Below, piece by piece: positions 60,315-64,000 of a stretch of DNA of 64,000 nt (positions are counted from its first letter, which is position 1; the number at the start of each line of letters is the position of its first letter). The translations under genes were made by a program, and so were the position numbers. The notes under the pieces were generated by a model. It worked only from the letters and a program-made list of their open reading frames with translations. It ran no database searches and was not told where the DNA came from. This DNA is from Patescibacteria group bacterium (GTDB taxonomy: Bacteria > Patescibacteriota > Microgenomatia > UBA1400 > UBA1449): positions 68,347 to 132,346 of the forward strand of contig JBMNOG010000001.1 in NCBI GenBank assembly GCA_050942955.1, written 5' to 3'.

Positions 60315-61109
60315 CTACCTCGCCGTATACGTTGTTTTCCGTTGAAGCTGGTCCACACTCTCTCTCAGTCTTTTTAGAATTTCTGCAATTTCGGTTGGCT
60401 GAGGTTTCTCAATTCTTAGCGGCGGCACCTCCCTTCCCTGGGCTTTTTCTTCAATCGTTTCTTTAAGTTCCTGGGTGTAGATATCTTGGTATTTTTCCGG
60501 GTTAAATGAAGTACTGAGTCTGTCAATAAGCTGCAGCGCGGCTGACATCTCCTCTTCGGAAACTAACACAGTTCTGGGAACATACAAATCTGTAGGCTTT
60601 CTAATATCGCTATCAAAGCGCATTTGGTTTAGCATGAGCATATCATCTTCAGGTTTAATAACACCCAAATGTTCACGAGTCTTCAGAATAAACCTTGCTA
60701 TCCCCACTTTTCCGGATTTTCTCAGAGCTTCCCTTAGAAGAACATAGGCTTTTTCAGAACCCTTTCCTGCTTCAAGGTAAAAAGGTTTTTGATAGTACTT
60801 GCTATCAATATCTACTTCGTCAACAAGGTCTACGATCTGAATACTGTTCGTTTTTCTAACATTCGCTTTTTCAAAGTCTTCATTATCCAAAACGACATAC
60901 TTGCCCTTGCGGTACTCATACCCTCTGACAATGTTTTCGTAAGGCACTTTTTCACCTGTAGTTTTACAAATACGTTCATAACCCACAGGACAAAGATCAT
61001 CTTTCCGCAGATAATCAAATTCTAACCGTCTTTGTTTGGTAGCTGTGTAGAGTCTCACTGGAATATTTACCAAACCAAATGATATCGTTCCTGTCCAAAT
61101 TGACTTCAT
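60315..61109 (-). CDS. ku: NHEJ protein Ku
   Basis: SIWTGTISFGLVNIPVRLY, IVRGYEY, KPFYL, AYVLLREAL, F.PEKY.D.Y. Confidence 0.95.
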   Translation of the reverse strand: MKSIWTGTISFGLVNIPVRLYTATKQRRLEFDYLRKDDLCPVGYERICKTTGEKVPYENIVRGYEYRKGKYVVLDNEDFEKANVRKTNSIQIVDLVDEVDIDSKYYQKPFYLEAGKGSEKAYVLLREALRKSGKVGIARFILKTREHLGVIKPEDDMLMLNQMRFDSDIRKPTDLYVPRTVLVSEEEMSAALQLIDRLSTSFNPEKYQDIYTQELKETIEEKAQGREVPPLRIEKPQPTEIAEILKRLRESVDQLQRKTTYTAR

Positions 61110-61341
61110 GAGCTTACCCTATGTTCTGCATATAAATACCATGCAATAACATGGTAAGAAAGCTGAAAGAAGCACGCACCTACTCGTATTCTCCCCAAAT
61201 TTTTATTACCTTCACATTGCCTACTAAGTTCAGATTTCTATAGTGGTTTTGTATTTGAGCTGAGTCTATTCTTTCCAAACATGATACCCAAAGAATTCGA
61301 ACAGTTTCGATGTAACCATGAAAGTTATTGGTTCAGGAAAA

Positions 61342-61536
61342 CTACTCCTCAGAGGGCATGACAATCCAGAGAATAATGTACGGAAGAAGCCCGGGCAGCC
61401 CTCCGGGGAGTAGAAGTAAAAGGAAAACTGCTCGCACTAAAACTACATCAATGTTAAAGTAACGGGCAAGACCTAGGGCAACCCCTCCAATAACTCTGCC
61501 CTCTTTGGGTCTTACTAGTCTTTTTACTTCTTGCAT
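61342..61536 (-). CDS. pspC: PspC domain protein
   Basis: RL.RP..GRVIGGV..GLA.YF.ID..LVR, YIILWIVMP. Confidence 0.92.
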   Translation of the reverse strand: MQEVKRLVRPKEGRVIGGVALGLARYFNIDVVLVRAVFLLLLLPGGLPGLLPYIILWIVMPSEE

Positions 61537-61580
61537 GCAATAAGCTTACAGCTTAAGCTCAAAAGGCTTACAAGAAAGAA

Positions 61581-61627
61581 GTAATAGTTTAGTAAGGGTT
61601 TATAAAGATTTCTTACCAGCCTCTTAC
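61581..61627. promoter_or_regulatory. Divergent CTTAC-N6-(C/A)TTAC boxes between pspC and the second HtrA gene
   Basis: Minus strand CTTAC-N6-ATTAC (61596-61581); plus strand CTTAC-CAGCCT-CTTAC (61612-61627). Confidence 0.6.
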
Positions 61628-61693
61628 TCAACCGCTATTTGATTGTGATGTTTTATTTCTAGAATTTTGCTTTAATTACACATTCCAACACCT

Positions 61694-62485
61694 ATGAAAA
61701 TCTCAATTATTTCGTTGCTTCTAATACTCTTAGTCGTTGCCGCTGTAGTATGGCTAGTTTCAGGAACTAATCTTGATTTTTTAAAAGTAATCCCCATCCA
61801 GGAAAATGAAGCGGTTCAAAACATTCCTGATTCTTCTCCATTAGTTGATGCCAACACTGCAGACGTAGCAGAACGTGCTATCGGCGCTGTAGTCACTATT
61901 GCTTCTCAACCCGGATTTTCTATTGGTGAGACTCCCCAAAACCCTGAAGAACTGCAGGTGGCTTCCGGATTCTTAATCTCAAGCGACGGTTACATTGCTA
62001 CTAATAAACATGTTGTAAGCGAGGATATTGAATCATACGAAATTATCTTGGGTGATAACCGCTATGAAGTTAAGGAGGTGTACGAAGATCCTGGTAATGA
62101 TATTGCTGTTATCAAGATCAACTCCACTTCTCTACTTTTTTTACCTTTAGGTGATTCTTCTAATCTCCAAGTTGGGCAACAGGTGGTTGCTGTGGGCACA
62201 AGTTTTGGCACGCTAGCGAATACTGTGACAACTGGAATTATTTCCGGGTTAGGCAGAGACATTACAGCCGGCACTCCATACAGCAACTATGTATCCAGAC
62301 TTGAAGATGTTATCCAAACTGATGCCGCTTTAAATCCCGGAAATTCTGGTGGACCCTTACTAAACCTTCGAGGTGAAGTTATTGGTGTTAACACCGCTGT
62401 TGCCGCCGCAGGGGAAAATATTAGCTTTGCTATCCCGGTAAATGTTTTAAAGGATTTTATTAGAAAAGTTAACTTGCAGATTTAG
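61694..62485 (+). CDS. HtrA-like trypsin serine protease lacking a PDZ domain
   Basis: TM anchor, TNKHVV, DIAVIK, TDAALNPGNSGGPL; ends right after the protease domain. Confidence 0.9.
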   Translation: MKISIISLLLILLVVAAVVWLVSGTNLDFLKVIPIQENEAVQNIPDSSPLVDANTADVAERAIGAVVTIASQPGFSIGETPQNPEELQVASGFLISSDGYIATNKHVVSEDIESYEIILGDNRYEVKEVYEDPGNDIAVIKINSTSLLFLPLGDSSNLQVGQQVVAVGTSFGTLANTVTTGIISGLGRDITAGTPYSNYVSRLEDVIQTDAALNPGNSGGPLLNLRGEVIGVNTAVAAAGENISFAIPVNVLKDFIRKVNLQI

Positions 62486-63086
62486 AAGGTTTTGATTTGC
62501 TTACACTAAAAGCCTCGACAATCTCACTGTTTCTGAAAAGAATAATTTCATCAGCTGTATACATTAAGCCTTTGTTAGGATTGTTTTGAAACCCCAAGTA
62601 AACCACTTTAACTTGGACTTTTTTTAGCTCCGCAATTGCTGGCTGAAGATCAGAATCAGAACTGCAAATAATAGCTGTATCCATTTGTTTCCTGTACGCC
62701 AAAGAAACCATGTCAACTGCAATCTTCACATCTACACCCTTTTCCCTGAAAACTAACTCTTCCTCACCTCCTACCCTCACTGTCTGCGCCCGAACATTCC
62801 CTGCCCGAGTATATGTAAACCCTTGCTTCTCAATATTAGTTTTAAGCCGGCGCTGCATAGAGATTAGTTCTTTTGATTTTTCAGGGGTGGCCTCATGCTC
62901 ACGCATCCTGGCAGCATAAAATAATTTCCTCGAAAGCCGGGTACGCTTAAGCACCCGGCCCATTAGCTTTTTAAGGTTTATTGTGGCAAAATCGATTTGG
63001 TCTTTGTTTATCCCCTCTTTTCCCAAAACCTCATCCACCTTGTAGCGGAAATTTTCACCATCGATAAATAAAATTGTCTTATCCAT
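62469..63086 (-). CDS. NYN domain (LabA/DUF88, PIN-like) ribonuclease
   Basis: FIDGENF, EKGVDVKIAVDM, SSDSDLQPAI. Confidence 0.9.
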   Translation of the reverse strand: MDKTILFIDGENFRYKVDEVLGKEGINKDQIDFATINLKKLMGRVLKRTRLSRKLFYAARMREHEATPEKSKELISMQRRLKTNIEKQGFTYTRAGNVRAQTVRVGGEEELVFREKGVDVKIAVDMVSLAYRKQMDTAIICSSDSDLQPAIAELKKVQVKVVYLGFQNNPNKGLMYTADEIILFRNSEIVEAFSVSKSKPSKSAS

Positions 63087-63101
63087 ACCGCCCTATTATA
63101 C

Positions 63102-63137
63102 AAAAAACCTCACCGGGCAGATTGGGCATGGGTGAGG
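63102..63137 (-). terminator. Hairpin plus U-run between tspO and the NYN gene
   Basis: Minus strand CCTCACC-16 nt-GGTGAGG-TTTTTT. Confidence 0.55.
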
Positions 63138-63212
63138 CGTGAATACTATTACTGTATATAGTTAGAAAATAAAAATCAAGTAATACCCTGGTAAGAGATA
63201 GATGAAGATAGC

Positions 63213-63605
63213 CTAATTCATGGACAGTATTGAAAACTGCAATACAGTAGCAATGCTTACCCAAATGAGATATGGGACTTGAACTAAAGAAAGTGTCTTT
63301 GAGTAAGGCCAAATAGTAATCATGCCAAGAACAATCGTTCCTAAAACAATCAGGATATCAAGTGAGGCTAGAATTAAGCTCCTCAGTCCAAAAAGAATGG
63401 GTGTAAAAAGTAGGTTAGCAACTAAATTAATAGCAAATACAACAAAAACCGATTTTTTAATATCTCCCTTAAGCGTCCGGTAAAGGATGTAGCCAAAGCT
63501 AATCAAAATAATCGGGTAAAGAAATGACCAGATAACAGAAATAGTCATCACCGAAGGCGTCCAGGAAGGTTTTTCTAAACTTTCGTACCACATTTGCCAG
63601 CTCAT
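63213..63605 (-). CDS. tspO: TspO/MBR family protein
   Basis: WY.SLEKPSWTP, W..LY, LFTPILFGLR, PYL.WVS.AT.L. Confidence 0.92.
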   Translation of the reverse strand: MSWQMWYESLEKPSWTPSVMTISVIWSFLYPIILISFGYILYRTLKGDIKKSVFVVFAINLVANLLFTPILFGLRSLILASLDILIVLGTIVLGMITIWPYSKTLSLVQVPYLIWVSIATVLQFSILSMN

Positions 63606-63765
63606 ACAGACAGTATAAAGCGAGCAGTATGAAGAAAAGATGATGATTAGTTACGCAATGAATTCATATTAGATATGAATTGCTTAATCTAAATCGTGCA
63701 CATTAGAATACACATATCTTGGCACCTTGAAATGGCCCCAAAGATTCCCTAAAAGGAGATCGACA

Positions 63766-63981
63766 ATGCCTGGTGGACCTTTCCCTGATTTCGGCGATCC
63801 GCTCTACGATCCGTTTTCCAATCCCGACAACAGAATCGAGTTCTGGAGAACGAAGCACCCCCACCCAGGGCAGCTCAACCGAAAAATCGTCAGTGGTCCC
63901 GATGCAGGATTGCATCAAGGGTACGATATGACCAAGGGGAGCACCTTTCAGAGCACGCAGGATCCTTTTCGAGGCCGCTAG
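63766..63981 (+). CDS. Small Pro/Gly-rich hypothetical protein
   Basis: AAAAGGAG RBS 7 nt before ATG 63766; 71 aa. Confidence 0.5.
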   Translation: MPGGPFPDFGDPLYDPFSNPDNRIEFWRTKHPHPGQLNRKIVSGPDAGLHQGYDMTKGSTFQSTQDPFRGR

Positions 63982-64000
63982 CAACCGTGTAGGTTGACAG

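Overview
A 64-kb bacterial chromosome segment. The reduced housekeeping genes, type IV pilus locus, many near-leaderless genes and standard code 11 are most consistent with a Patescibacteria/CPR (Microgenomates-like) genome; this taxonomy is inferred, not searched. Bases 1-40 kb are core genes: pilD-pilin-pilC-pilT-pilB, holB, gyrB-ppa-GNAT-gyrA, a single Xer recombinase with a nearby dif-like site, yebC, tgt, an RluA-family gene, lspA, lgt, efp, tRNA-Leu(CAA), dnaB, hisS, rpmE, prfA, htrA, rplI, ctpA, rpsF-ssb-rpsR and ychF. Bases 40-64 kb are accessory: P-type ATPase, Rad52/Sak-like protein plus an interrupted PIF1, orphan purF, AlkD, an XRE operon, and a stress island (LonC-type protease, CapA, YfcE, YbhB, Ku, PspC, PDZ-less HtrA, NYN, TspO). 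Best leads: (1) a CTTAC-like pentamer repeated at an 11-bp period upstream of seven genes of the stress island, a candidate undescribed regulon; (2) a small GIY-YIG nuclease gene flanked by REP/REPIN-like palindromic repeats inside the pilus locus; (3) a dif-like site next to xer; (4) a duplicated tRNA 5' half followed by hairpins; (5) structured leaders upstream of the Rad52-like and NYN genes. All calls were made by eye from motifs; no database searches were run.
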